From Octopus bimaculoides (taxonomy: Eukaryota): 64,000 nucleotides of DNA. The position numbers and the translations under genes were made by a program. The stretch spans positions 57,450,969-57,514,968 of the forward strand of contig NC_068985.1 of assembly GCF_001194135.2 (NCBI RefSeq). Direction: 5' to 3'. Positions 1-17,040 of this stretch are shown here, in pieces (the first letter of the stretch is position 1; every line of letters starts with the position of its first letter). The notes under the pieces were generated by a model, which did not search any database, was not told the origin of the DNA, and saw nothing but the letters and a program-made list of their open reading frames with translations.

Positions 1-199
1 ATTAGTAAACACGAGTGGAAACGATAGGGTTAATTGTGAGATAAACTATAACGATAATTTTCCTGAAAACTAGTTTTTGATACTTTTGGTAAAGGTAATT
101 CTAACTCTGAAAATAATAATATAGATTATATTGTTGTCAATGATCCTGTTTTAACACCTCATTCTGAGAGGAGAGTTAGTACTAAATCCTTGAGCCGTG

Positions 200-525
200 A
201 GTGCTGTATATTTGAAAAACAAAATCATCTGTCTTTTACGGAATCAGTGTCTAAGGAAGAATATAGTATATCAATGTAACGTAATTGCAGGGGGTCATAC
301 CCATTATCACATACGCTCTTCTACAATTTACAAATCTAGATTACATAACAATTCTTCATTTAACTTTAGAAGAAAATGTAATTCTATGAACCTTAGTAAA
401 CGTATTTGGAATTTGAGAGAGAGAAAAATTATCTATGATACAAAGTGGTGAATCAAATTGACCAGTACCGACCCGTTTATATACCCAATAAATCCAGCAG
501 CTACAGATATTTGTTATATGTCACT
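200..525 (+). mobile_element. Decayed GIY-YIG endonuclease fragment of a Penelope-like retroelement (possibly Naiad-type)
   Basis: Translation ICLLRNQCLRKNIVYQCNV...YKSRLHNNSSFNFRRKCNSMNLSKRIWNLRERKIIYDTKW*IK...YPINPAATDICY parallels the PLE endonuclease pattern CPL..QCL.KNIVY.A.V...FK.R..NH.SSF.......T.LSK.IW.LK.....Y.IKW.I...PYNP....C.LC. The YIG motif is lost and there is an in-frame stop. Confidence 0.65.
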
Positions 526-584
526 GTATATTTCTCTCACTCAAAACATTTCTCTCTCTGTCTCACAATGTCTCTCTGTCTCTA

Positions 585-622
<38 letters not shown>

Positions 623-804
623 ACAATGTCTCTCTCTCTCTCTCTCTTTATATATATGTCTATCAATCAAATCATGTTCTCACTGAACTTTTTCACGCAT
701 GACCTGCCACACAAATCACTTTCTCTTCATACATGCATGTCCCTCAATACAACTTTGGTATCCATTCCATATAAACATTATATATATATATATATATACA
801 TAAA

Positions 805-839
<35 letters not shown>

Positions 840-850
840 ATTGTATCTGT

Positions 851-1050
851 GTCACCAGCCGTCGCTTAAGAACCGGTGTTGGCGTGGCTTATGTTCGGTA
901 AGATATCAGTTCCGTAACAGAGAACGCTGCAATGACCACCAGACTTTAAAAAAAGTGTAACGGGTCCATTCGTTCGTCTAAAATTTTTCAAGGCGGTAAC
1001 CTGGCATGGCCACAGTCTGATAACTGAAACAAGTAAAAGATAACAGATAA
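851..1050 (+). mobile_element. tRNA-derived SINE family A, 3' half (diverged)
   Basis: Matches the 3' half of the copies at 12121-12533 and 33026-33405; ends CATGGCCACAGTCTGATAACTGAAACAAGTAAAAGA. Confidence 0.75.
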
Positions 1051-1145
1051 TATATATGTGTGTGCGTATATATATATATATCATGCAACTTAAAATTTCG
1101 TACACTTAGTTACAAGAACTTAATTCGTGCACACACACACACACA

Positions 1146-1176
<31 letters not shown>

Positions 1177-1255
1177 CCGCACACACACACATACACACAT
1201 ATAAATATGTATCCGTCAACCTATCTACACTGAATAGCATTTCTTTGAGCTTTTA

Positions 1256-1327
<72 letters not shown>

Positions 1328-1669
1328 GTCTATCTATCTGTCTGTCTGTCTGTCTGTCTCTCCCTCTCTCTCCTTCACTTTGTTTACCTTTTTATTTACC
1401 TGTACATTCGTCTGTTTATCTGTTATCCCACTATAATTGTATTCTGTTCTCTTTATCCACGTGTAAGTTCCATTTGTTTCCAATGCAGCTTAATCTTGCT
1501 TCTTTTATTTGTCATTATTCAGGCTCCGTCTCTTTCTCCTTCTCTCTCTAGATATATAAATATACATTTAGGTGTGTGTGTGTGTGTGTGGTGTATATTT
1601 CCACTCATTGTATGTTGCCCTATTTCGCAATATGTATCTTCCTCACATTTATACTTTTTCTACCCCCCC

Positions 1670-1704
<35 letters not shown>

Positions 1705-2611
1705 GCTTTCTCTCTATATCTTCTCACAACTCTGTGTTAAAACCTTTCGCTTTATTACAAAACCTCCCCAAAGCACAATCACAGCATCTTCCTCTCCTGC
1801 TTACTCTGTCACAGACGTCATCAGTTCACCGATCTTTCTCTCAATCCCACAAATATCGTCCTCCCTCTCACACACACATCTATTTTTATCTATATTCCTG
1901 TCTACCCCACCCCATCTCTATTCCTCTCCCCTCTGCTAATCCTTATTCAAACTGTAACGCCTCCACCCCTCACATCATTATATCTCCCACTCTTTCGCTT
2001 CATACAATTTTCTCTTCTATGCTGGTCTCGCTTTCAATCGCGTCTGTGCGTGTCTCTACTGTCAGATCTTTCTATCTCACTTTCTCACTCTTTCTTTTCC
2101 GTCTGCGCGCGCCCGTGCGTGTGTGTATTGCGTATATACCATACATACAAACACGCGCGCATACAAACACACACACACACACACACACACACGTACACTC
2201 ATGCACACAAACACACACGTACACATAAAGACAACCACAAACACAAACACATGCACCAACGCGACGCACAGATTTTTCAATTGCTTTCTGTCTGTATTTA
2301 CAAGCTTAGCTATATATACGTGTATGTGACCATGCGTTTGCATACATACACAGAGAATTCATACATAAAACATGCAAATCTACATATATACAAACAAAAC
2401 TACCCTGTTGTTGATGTTGAAATTCCAATGAAGGAGCCTTGGATCTAGGTTAGAAACCGGATCTTTCTCAATTGGCAAGAAATCTTGAAATAAACTGAAT
2501 AATGACATATAAATATACATACATAGATACGAGTGAGCGCTCGCGCGCGCACACTCTTTGGTGTTTATACACACACACAAACACACACACACATACACAC
2601 ACACACACACA

Positions 2612-2670
2612 TAAAGGTGGTACTCCAGCAAGGCCGCAGTCAAATGACTGAAACAAATTAAAATAAAAGA
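2612..2670 (+). mobile_element. SINE family A, 3' terminal fragment
   Basis: TAAAGGTGGTACTCCAGCAAGGCCGCAGTCAAATGACTGAAACAAATTAAAATAAAAGA matches the tail of the 12121-12533 copy. Confidence 0.75.
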
Positions 2671-2705
2671 ATATATATATTTATATACTTATATGCGTAT
2701 GAATG

Positions 2706-2744
<39 letters not shown>

Positions 2745-3248
2745 TATATATGCATATATGTATANNNNNNNNNNNNNNNNNNNNNNNNNNNNNNNNNNNN
2801 NNNNNNNNNNNNNNNNNNNNNNNNNNNNNNNNNNNNNNNNNNNNNNNNNNNNNNNNNNNNNNNNNNNNNNNNNNNNNNNNNNNNNNNNNNNNNNNNNNNN
2901 NNNNNNNNNNNNNNNNNNNNNNNNNNNNNNNNNNNNNNNNNNNNNNNNNNNNNNNNNNNNNNNNNNNNNNNNNNNNNNNNNNNNNNNNNNNNNNNNNNNN
3001 NNNNNNNNNNNNNNNNNNNNNNNNNNNNNNNNNNNNNNNNNNNNNNNNNNNNNNNNNNNNNNNNNNNNNNNNNNNNNNNNNNNNNNNNNNNNNNNNNNNN
3101 NNNNNNNNNNNNNNNNNNNNNNNNNNNNNNNNTATATATATATATATATATACACACGCAAGTGCGACGCACCATACTGACACTCTCTCTCCACCTCTCA
3201 CTTTCCCTCTCTCTCTCTCTCTCTCGCTCTCTCTTTCACCTTCTATCC

Positions 3249-3284
<36 letters not shown>

Positions 3285-3399
3285 TTCGCCTTCTATCCCT
3301 CTCTATCTCTCGTTCCTTGTCAGCTGATCCGTCACACCTCATCAGTTTCTGTTTTTGTCACCACCAATCCCAGCCTCAACTTCTGCTGCTGTCGTCAGT

Positions 3400-6110
<2,711 letters not shown>

Positions 6111-6699
6111 AACACGTATTTTTCTGCTGTCGGTGCATCTGTTGTACTGACGACTGCTGCTGTTGTTGCTACTACTGATGCTGCCTCCATTCGTTGGCCT
6201 TCTGTAGACTTGTACTGCTGCTGCTGCTACTGCTTCTTCTGCTGGTGATGCTGCTGTGTCTGTCTGTGCACTGGACCGCATCCAGCTGACTAACAAACTA
6301 ATGGAACAACACTCGCTTGCAGGATGATGACAATTCTGTGACAATCGACAACGGTGCACCGTGTGTGGGAATATATAGCGAAAAAAAAAAAAAAAAAAAA
6401 NNNNNNNNNNNNNNNNNNNNNNNNNNNNNNNNNNNNNNNNNNNNNNNNNNNNNNNNNNNNNNNNNNNNNNNNNNNNNNNNNNNNNNNNNNNNNNNNNNNN
6501 NNNNNNNNNNNNNNNNNNNNNNNNNNNNNNNNNNNNNNNNNNNNNNNNNNNNNNNNNNNNNNNNNNNNNNAAATACATACAAACACATGCACACATAAAT
6601 CTACACACCTGCATGATTTTTTGTTTTGTTTATGAAAAATGTAATGGCTTTTAGAACTTAAGTTGCTTCCCCGCAGACCAATACATTGAAAATCACATC

Positions 6700-6754
<55 letters not shown>

Positions 6755-7317
6755 TTGACAACATCATCATCATCTTTAGCAAGTTCCTCGTATGTATTTC
6801 CATGTGTCTCAGTGAGCGCATGTGCGTATATGTGTGTAAAGCGTTTCTTGGTTTATCAGATAGGAAGGACGTTATAAAGCTACTTGTATCGACCCCTTTC
6901 CGGGGGTGGGTTAACGCATACCAATCGCCTCCCCGCAAAATTTCTGTTAAATATCTGTTTGTTTTGTTAAGCTTACACAAAATTAATTACACTAACTGAT
7001 CATTCCACCTGTACCGGCAAATTGCATATGTGACTCTCCGTTGATTATTTATTACATTGCTTTGTTTACTTAATTACTTTTCCCGTTATCTTTGATTTTG
7101 CAATTCACAATTCTTCTTATTATTATTGTAATTGCTGCTGCTGTTTGAGGTTGCTGTTTCTGTTTGTGTTTTAATTGTTACTTTTGCTGTCATTAGTCAG
7201 TTAACCGCTGTTCAGTCGGAGATCTAACTTTAACGGAACTTTCTGCCTTGTTCATATTAACATTATATACTTCAGTTCCATTCTTCACTAAATTATTTTT
7301 GCACAATCTTACCCATT

Positions 7318-7356
<39 letters not shown>

Positions 7357-8169
7357 TGAGGGACAAGGAAGAATGAAGGGAAAATATAGATATATATATA
7401 TAAATACATTTAAAACAGCACTATAAAACCACTTGTTCGAGCGATATGTTTTGACAATATATAAATCTGCATTGCATTATACATACATAGATAAACACAC
7501 ACACGCACACACGCATACATACATATCCCGCTGTACATTTCTACATACAGACAGGCACTCCCCCAAAACATACACACTCACAGACACACAGACACACAGT
7601 CGTATTCACGCGCGCATATACATATCTTTATCACACACGCAGACACAGGTTGGCATAGAAACAAAAATACACACACACACACACATACACACACATACAC
7701 ACACACGCACACACACACACACACGCACACCTGTCTTTACTGCGTTTACGGAGCCGGAAAATGTTACGAAACATGTGTTTCTCTACCTTTTATTAAAATT
7801 ATTTAATCCTTGTCATTTCGTAAGGATTATGGGAAAATGCAAGCGCAATTAAAGTGATTTGTGGTGTTTCACATACGTTAATCGTACCAGGATTATTTCA
7901 TTATTTGAGTGTGGTAGGTTTAACGTACACATTCTTACGATTTATCGAAATAAAGATACCATATATCATACAGAAAAAAGTACGCCTTAACATACAAGGC
8001 ATACATACATACGCACATACTTACACACATAAATACATACATACATACATACATACACACGTATATACAGTATATATATATATATATAGTTAATTGAACA
8101 TTAAAACTTATATTCTTAGAAGAGTCCTGTCTACGTTGTTAGAGTGCGTGTCTGTGCGTATATATATAC

Positions 8170-8210
<41 letters not shown>

Positions 8211-9027
8211 GAACAAGTCGCTTTCATGTTCATCAAGTATAAAGAAAGTTTTATAATACATAATAGTTTAATGGGTAAAGAAGCTGGTTTACAATACTGA
8301 CAAGGAAAATGATAAAAACACATCACGTTATTAAGAACAGCAATGATATTGGTAGCTGCAACAACAGCAACGTCAACAACAATATATACAAAGAATAGAA
8401 GTGAATGATACATTCATAAAACACCACAAAATCAAAATTACAATAGCAACAACACCAACCGGAAAACACACCGCCCTCTCTCGAAAGAATAATAACAATC
8501 AAGCTAAAGTTTTCCTGCCTAAAATCACAATCTCTATGTTGTGTTGAGCCCTGTGTGGCTAATAAAAGAAATGTAATTAATTGAGAACAGCAGATATAAT
8601 ATTAAACATAGCAACAACATCAACAACAACAATAATAACATTGTCAATTGTAAAATAATCTGTGAGTGTAATATTTACCGCCTAGCTACACAAATATTAC
8701 CTATACAAAAGCGATACAAATTTTTTTTCTTCTTTAACGTTGGATGAACATAACTGATGACAAAACGTTCTGGATACAACTTGGAGGGTTTTTTTCGTTA
8801 TTTTCTTTGAAAAGAGGCCTAAACTGGTGAGTTGTGTAACTTTTAATTTTATATTATGATATATTTTATTTATTTGTCGTTGTTATGTTGTTCATCTTCT
8901 GTATATTATGGAAAAGAGATGAACAATTTTTGTGTGAAATACCATCTATATGTGATTTTGACATTTATACGTGTATATGTAAACGCACATGTATATATAT
9001 ATATTTAGCTGCAAACATATGCATATC

Positions 9028-9074
<47 letters not shown>

Positions 9075-9160
9075 CGTAAATACACACATACATACGCACA
9101 CATGTCACATCAATCAACCAATCTATCTATCTATTATCTATCTGTCTATCTATCTATCTG

Positions 9161-9221
<61 letters not shown>

Positions 9222-9387
9222 TTATCTGTCTGTCTATCAGCCTATATCTCTGTGTATATGTGTATGTAAGCATATATGTACATATTTATATATGTATGTT
9301 TATGTATATGCATATAGATATATAAATATATATGTCAATGTATATATATGCATGTTTATATGTTCTCTACAATCTATACACACACAC

Positions 9388-9473
<86 letters not shown>

Positions 9474-10734
9474 GCACACATACAGATGTACACAAATATA
9501 TGCATGTCTGTGTATACAGACATCGTTGAAACAAAAACAAATGTTCTGTGACGTTGGTTTCAACTCCTTGCAGCTCTGAGTTCTGAGTTCAAATCTCACT
9601 GCTTCAAATTTCCATTCAAGTATTTCAGGGTCCATAAATTCCCAGCCTAGGCTGGTGAAGCTTTTTTGAGCTTTTAGAGCGTCGGATATGATACTTTGTG
9701 GTATTGGTTCTCGCTCTCCTCTCATTCTCAGTTCGAATACCGCTTCGAATTTATATGTCAGTAATGGCGGTGTCATCGCTGCTCATGCACTGATAAAAGG
9801 TGTCAAGTTGGACCAGGACAGATCAATCTCTGCTTAATTGGACTAGAGTTCAAAAACAGGAGCCTTCAGGACTAAGCACTGGAGAAGTGTAAGGTCTACT
9901 CGTAGCCAGTGTCTTGTTCCTAGGGCCAAATAAATCAAATGCAAAGAGTGGATGTTCATCAGGTATCAGATTTTAGAAAGAACTTTGACGACGTCAAAAT
10001 ACAGATGACAACGATATGTATATATGTATATATATATGTATTTATGTATGTATTTATGTATGTCAGTATGTATGTGCCCACACACACACACACTTACACA
10101 CACATACACTAACACCCACACACATGTTTTTAAAACTACGTATAGATACACACCTATATACGCAGCACGCGTATACGCACATGCATATACATCGGCTAGT
10201 GTAAGATTGTGTATGTATTTGCATGTGTAACTATACCTATCTACTTCTTTATTTACACACACACATACATGCACATATATGTATATATGCATAAATATGA
10301 ATACACAAACACACACGCATATACATACACATATGTATATATGAATAAATATAAATACACATGCACATACATACGCAAGTATATATAGATTCATGCATCA
10401 GTTTATGTGTATGTTTAGTAGTAGGAATGAGTGTGTACATAAATCCGTTGATGTTGATATGACTGAGTGGTAATAAAGAAATTCAGTTTGGAATTCGGTG
10501 GAAGTCGCAGATTCGATCCCACACCTCAACCAGCTAAGCAAACGTATGGTTAATATGCCATAATAAAAGAGGTTGACGGAATTTGTTGAAATCGCTCGCA
10601 AGTTTTACAAGTGGAAGGGTAGGCCATATCACAGTAACTATCTATCTGGTCCCATAAGAGCGACTGTAAAATGTAAGTGTAGACGGACGCAAGTGACATT
10701 TACAATATATCTCAATGAATAGATTTTTGAGGTT

Positions 10735-10875
10735 TCTGGTAAGAACTTTACTTCTAAACATCAAGGACGCGTGTTCAGGCCCACTGCGTAGCATCTTGGG
10801 TATGTGAATTTCTGTAAAGCCTCAGTCCGACTTGTGAATGCATTTCGTACAGAAGCGCTGAAAGAATTCCATCGT
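10735..10875 (+). mobile_element. SINE family A, 5' half (diverged)
   Basis: GGTAAGAACTTTACTTC...GTTCAGGCCCACTGCGTAGCATCTTGGG...CTTGTGAATGCATTT...CTGAAAGAATTCCATCG aligns with 31302-31464. Confidence 0.65.
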
Positions 10876-11769
10876 ATATATATATACATACAGTGTATGT
10901 GTGTGTATGTACGTATACGTATATATATATATATATATATACATATGTGTGTGAGAGTCTGTGTGTATGTGTGTGTNNNNNNNNNNNNNNNNNNNNNNNN
11001 NNNNNNNNNNNNNNNNNNNNNNNNNNNNNNNNNNNNNNNNNNNNNNNNNNNNNNNNNNNNNNNNNNNNNNNNNNNNNNNNNNNNNNNNNNNNNNNNNNNN
11101 NNNNNNNNNNNNNNNNNNNNNNNNNNNNNNNNNNNNNNNNNNNNNNNNNNNNNNNNNNNNNNNNNNNNNNNNNNNNNNNNNNNNNNNNNNNNNNNNNNNN
11201 NNNNNNNNNNNNNNNNNNNNNNNNNNNNNNNNNNNNNNNNNNNNNNNNNNNNNNNNNNNNNNNNNNNNNNNNNNNNNNNNNNNNNNNNNNNNNNNNNNNN
11301 NNNNNNNNNNNNNNNNNNNNNNNNNNNNNNNNNNNNNNNNNNNNNNNNNNNNNNNNNNNNNNNNNNNNNNNNNNNNNNNNNNNNNNNNNNNNNNNNNNNN
11401 NNNNNNNNNNNNNNNNNNNNNNNNNNNNNNNNNNNNNNNNNNNNNNNNNNNNNNNNNNNNNNNNNNNNNNNNNNNNNNNNNNNNNNNNNNNNNNNNNNNN
11501 NNNNNNNNNTCAAAACACTGGTTTAAAAAGCCATATCAGACGCCATGAAAGGGCTAAGGTGTAGGTGCAGGAGGTGGTCAAACTCTGTTTAAGGAGTAGA
11601 CAACCACCATATATATATATATATACATATGTGTGTGAGAGTCTGTGTGTATGTGTGTGTGTGTGTATATGTGTGTGCGTATGTGCCTGTGGGAGGGAGA
11701 GGGAGATTCTGCAGGCGCGCGTGTATGTGTGCGCGCGTGTGTGCGTGTGTGTGTGTGTGTGTATGACTT

Positions 11770-11915
11770 TGGCCCCGTAACCCAGCAGTTCGGCAAAGAC
11801 ACTTGAAGGTTTAGAAAGGAAAATGCACTGGAGTCAGTTCTTTCGACTAAAATTCTTGAAGTTTATGCCCCGGCATGGCCCCTGCCTAATGACAAAAGAT
11901 GAAAAAAGTAAGACT
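11770..11915 (+). mobile_element. SINE family A, 3' half (diverged)
   Basis: CCCCGTAACCCAGCAGTTCGGCAAAG...TTTCGACTAAAATTCTTGAAG...GCATGGCC matches the 3' halves at 12121-12533 and 33026-33405. Confidence 0.65.
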
Positions 11916-12035
11916 GGAACATTTTCTGACTATCAGACGTCCTACACACACATATATGCATACATACCTACATACATACATAATTGCACACATATCTATC
12001 TATCTATCTATCTATATAAATATATATACATATAT

Positions 12036-12097
<62 letters not shown>

Positions 12098-12120
12098 ATA
12101 TATATATAGATAGATAGATA

Positions 12121-12533
12121 GGCGCAGGAATGGCTGCCTGGTAATTAGCTTGGCTACTAACCACATGGTCCCGGGTTCAGTCCCACCGCGTGGCACATTT
12201 AGCAATTGTTCTTGTAAGTGGATTTGGTAGACGTAAACTGGAAGACGCCCGTCGAATATATATATATGTGTGTGTGTGTGAGTGTGTGTGTATGTTTGTA
12301 TGTATGGGTGTGTATGTTTGTGTGTCTGTGTTTGTCCTCCCACCAACATCGCTTGACAAGTAATGCTGGTGTGTTTATGTCTCCGTAATCTAGCGGTTCG
12401 GCAAAAAGAAAGATAGAATAAGTACTAGGCTTACAAAGATTAAACTCTGGGGTCGATTTGCACGACTAAAGGCGGTTCTCCAGCATAGCCGCAGTGAAAT
12501 GACTGAAACAAGTAAAACAGCGTAAAAAAGAGT
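12121..12533 (+). mobile_element. SINE family A, near full-length with internal deletion
   Basis: Head GGCGCAGGAATGGCTGCCTGGTAA...GGGTTCAGTCCCACCGCGTGGCAC (A/B boxes), central GTGGATTTGGTAGACG...GCCCGTCG, (TA)/(TG) linker, 3' half ending GACTGAAACAAGTAAAA. Lacks the CTACTATAGCC...GACCAAAGC segment present in other copies. Confidence 0.9.
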
Positions 12534-12666
12534 ATATGCATGCATACGTGCATATAGACATATATAGATACATATGTACATATATGTCTGCGTAAGTGTA
12601 TGTCTATATACGGACTATGTTGCAGACGACTATATGCATAAATATGCGTATGAGTATATCAGTTTC

Positions 12667-12724
<58 letters not shown>

Positions 12725-12796
12725 GCTAACCGACGCTGTTTTTCTCTCTCCGTCTTCCTCTGTTTATAGATATAAATATGCATATATATGCACAAA

Positions 12797-12829
<33 letters not shown>

Positions 12830-12875
12830 GTATATATATCTATATATATCATATATATATATATATTCATGTATG

Positions 12876-12920
<45 letters not shown>

Positions 12921-14105
12921 NNNNNNNNNNNNNNNNNNNNNNNNNNNNNNNNNNNNNNNNNNNNNNNNNNNNNNNNNNNNNNNNNNNNNNNNNNNNNNNN
13001 NNNNNNNNNNNNNNNNNNNNNNNNNNNNNNNNNNNNNNNNNNNNNNNNNNNNNNNNNNNNNNNNNNNNNNNNNNNNNNNNNNNNNNNNNNNNNNNNNNNN
13101 NNNNNNNNNNNNNNNNNNNNNNNNNNNNNNNNNNNNNNNNNNNNNNNNNNNNNNNNNNNNNNNNNNNNNNNNNNNNNNNNNNNNNNNNNNNNNNNNNNNN
13201 NNNNNNNNNNNNNNNNNNNNNNNNNNNNNNNNNNNNNNNNNNNNNNNNNNNNNNNNNNNNNNNNNNNNNNNNNNNNNNNNNNNNNNNNNNNNNNNNNNNN
13301 NNNNNNNNNNNNNNNNNNNNNNNNNNNNNNNNNNNNNNNNNNNNNNNNNNNNNNNNNNNNNNNNNNNNNNNNNNNNNNNNNNNNNNNNNNNNNNNNNNNN
13401 NNNNNNNNNTATATATATATATAAATATGTATATATATATAAATATGGCTGTGTATGTGTGTACGTATCTGCTGATATCTATCAGTCTATCAATCAAATT
13501 ATGTATGTATACACACGCATGGAATATTATTTACGATTGGTTTTCGATTAGGATAAACTACCGGGTAAAATTATATGAAGTTGCACTCTGCGTAATAAAC
13601 ACGCTGTATGTTTTCCGTTCTACATACATGACTATAGTTAAAAAGCCATGACAGCGCATTTGAAAGCACAAATGATCTGTAATGCTACCATAACTGTTAG
13701 GATGGTCGCGGCCGGAACGCACTTGTATTTCTACTTAGTCAATAATGTACTGCAACAACAACAAGAACAGCCACGATATTCGTGTTTTAGAGCTTGTTGC
13801 TTCGTAAAAATCATTATTTCTCTCTCTCTTTCTGTCGCTCTTTAGTTTCTCTCTCTCTGTCGCTCTCCCTCTCAGTCGTTCCCTCACTGTCGATCTCTCT
13901 TTCTCTCTGTCACTCTCTCTCGCTCGCTCTCTGTCTCTCTGTCTCAGTCTCACCCTCACATTCCCTCCCCCTTACTGTCAGTGTATTATTATAAGTACAT
14001 GCGTGTGCGTGTGTGTGTATACATTAGCGTTCTATTTTCGAATCATGTACATACACGTGTGTGTATATGTGTGTTCGCGTACGTGTGTATGTATGCATGG
14101 ATGTG

Positions 14106-14159
<54 letters not shown>

Positions 14160-14564
14160 CATCTACCTATCTATCTGTCTATCTCAGTATATATANNNNN
14201 NNNNNNNNNNNNNNNNNNNNNNNNNNNNNNNNNNNNNNNNNNNNNNNNNNNNNNNNNNNNNNNNNNNNNNNNNNNNNNNNNNNNNNNNNNNNNNNNNNNN
14301 NNNNNNNNNNNNNNNNNNNNNNNNNNNNNNNNNNNNNNNNNNNNNNNNNNNNNNNNNNNNNNNNNNNNNNNNNNNNNNNNNNNNNNNNNNNNNNNNNNNN
14401 NNNNNNNNNNNNNNNNNNNNNNNNNNNNNNNNNNNNNNNNNNNNNNNNNNNNNNNNNNNNNNNNNNNNNNNNNNNNNNNNNNNNNNNNNNNNNNNNNNNN
14501 NNNNNNNNNNNNNNNNNNNNNNNNNNNNNNNNNNNNNNNNNNNNNNNNNNNNNNNNNNNNNNNN

Positions 14565-14604
<40 letters not shown>

Positions 14605-14796
14605 TACGTATATATGAATGCATATAGGTAGGTATACAGCCACAAATATACACACTCACAATATGCATACACCAATAATGTCTATAATTGTTATGTAACA
14701 ATGTAATAATTCTAAACAATTCGTGTGTTATTATTGTTGCTTTCCTCTATCAGTTAAAACCTTTGTGATAAAAGACATTAAACGTGACATTTCATT

Positions 14797-14827
<31 letters not shown>

Positions 14828-16169
14828 CCAACCTACCTGCCTGCCTGTCTGTCTGTCTGTCTATTTGTCTGTCTGTCTGTCTATCTGTCTGTCTGTCTAT
14901 CTGTCTGTCTGTCTGCTTATTTTTTATTGCTAGTGTTTGCGCTTTTGATATCCCTATACATTATCGAACGTATCCTCTATATGAAGCGTCTGGTTTTAAT
15001 TTTGTATGAGATATGGCTGCTGTTGTAGCAGCGCTGGCAACCATGTGTAGTGTTTCCCTTTGCTTTGAAGAAAGGAGGGGAGTTGACGGGAAAGATAGAA
15101 CTCTATGACAGAGTATCTGAAGTCATTCACTATATTACAATCAATAGGTTCAGAGTTCGAAACATGCTGATGGCATCTCTCTTTGAATTAAAACTAGCAG
15201 CCTCACAGAAGTCTCAAACAATCGTCCACAACTCTCACCTACCTGATACTGCCAGGATGTCGTTACGTCATCGCTCGAACCTCTAGAAATAACACTCATT
15301 TGCTTTATAAATCATATGATGGTAACTTAGTCTTAAGATCTTTGTACATACAAAAACAAGTTGGGATTGTTACGGTAGGATCACCTTTAGTCAGATATTT
15401 GCTCGCTCAGGGTTGACCTTGGTCATATCATTGACGTGTATCTTTTAACAAGGGTGAATCATCACAAGGTGTATTATAAGTTGCCGGAAATTGCAGCCAG
15501 TTATACTTTATTTCACATGCTACTGGCTTAAACATAGAAAGACACTATATCTATAAGGGATGACTGGATAGACCCCGCTTGGAATAATTTCATTCTTTGT
15601 AAGCTCAATCAGGGTTAACTAGCTACAACAACAAAACAACGACGGCGACAACAACGCCTGTACACTCTACAAAAGCTAGTCTTGTATTTATTTGAAGATA
15701 TATCGGCATATATTTCTCCCAATAAACGTACATGAGTGTTCGCTGTCTTTTGTGAAAACAACGACTATTACATTTTGGGAAATTTTATAAGTTAATTCTT
15801 AGTTTATTAATATTTTAAATTCACAGCAATAGTGATAGAATCTACGTGTCGGAATCATGCGTCAAACGTTATGGGATGTCAGTAAATTACACAATATTTT
15901 TACTCCAAACGAAATCTAATGCAAAGAAGAGAGCATTTATGGAGTTTCGAGAATGGGTCCTAGAGTCACCTTTATGTTCTAAAATCAGAACAAAAGTAGC
16001 ATGTAGGAATTTTATCCTAGGTGACAATATCCTCAAGCCCAACGCTTTAATAATTATAACTATGACGATAATAATAGTCGCTGCAATATCATATATTTTT
16101 TGTTTTTGGTTTGGCCTGAAGAAAGTATACACACACACATACACACACACGCACACACGCACATGCACG

Positions 16170-16207
<38 letters not shown>

Positions 16208-16260
16208 TCACGCTATCTCTCAAGATAGGTTAAATTTTTCTATAGAAATAACATCAATAA

Positions 16261-16960
16261 ATACTTTGCGGGACGGACTGTTTCAACGAAGTCGCGTATT
16301 GTCCTTGCCTTCGAAACGCGGAGTAGATGGAACAGGGACGACTGAAGAAGGGAAATATTCTTTATGTTGCATGTCTCGTTTCTCTGTTTTTTTCGTTGTT
16401 AGAAAAAAAAGTTCGTTTTCTCTCTTCGTTTTATGTTTTCGTTTCTCATNNNNNNNNNNNNNNNNNNNNNNNNNNNNNNNNNNNNNNNNNNNNNNNNNNN
16501 NNNNNNNNNNNNNNNNNNNNNNNNNNNNNNNNNNNNNNNNNNNNNNNNNNNNNNNNNNNNNNNNNNNNNNNNNNNNNNNNNNNNNNNNNNNNNNNNNNNN
16601 NNNNNNNNNNNNNNNNNNNNNNNNNNNNNNNNNNNNNNNNNNNNNNNNNNNNNNNNNNNNNNNNNNNNNNNNNNNNNNNNNNNNNNNNNNNNNNNNNNNN
16701 NNNNNNNNNNNNNNNATATATACACCATATATATACATATACATACAAACACACATATATATGGACAACCAGATCGAACCCTCAAGTGTAACTGCCCAAA
16801 ACAGTAAGAACTTCTGATATACTTGACTGAGGAAATAAGACCACGAATGACCCGTCTTTTTTAGCCTGCCCTTCTAATTATTGTTTCTCCTGTCCGGCTT
16901 TGTTTCGTCTATCTGTCCGAATGTTTTATTGTCCTCTATTGCGTTTTTGTTCCATCATAT
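16261..16960. mobile_element. Non-coding interspersed repeat(s) spanning a gap, possibly Penelope-LTR-derived
   Basis: Moderately GC-rich non-coding blocks set in (TA)n/(CA)n, containing CCTTCGAAACGCG and CTGAAGAAGG half-motifs followed by T-rich tracts. The family assignment is inference only. Confidence 0.3.
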
Positions 16961-17040
16961 ATATAATATAATATAAACGATATGTAAACATATGTATATA
17001 TCCATACATATATGTACATACCTACATCAATATACATATA

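Noticed and set aside
10455-10530. tRNA-like A/B boxes (TGAGTGG...GATTCGATCCC)
   Set aside because: No cloverleaf can be formed; at most a decayed SINE head. The same applies to the SINE heads at 12121, 31302 and 58075, which are not tRNA genes.
15846-16130. Start of the 323-aa ORF
   Set aside because: Non-repetitive part is under 100 aa with no motif; the remainder is (CA)n, repeat and gap.
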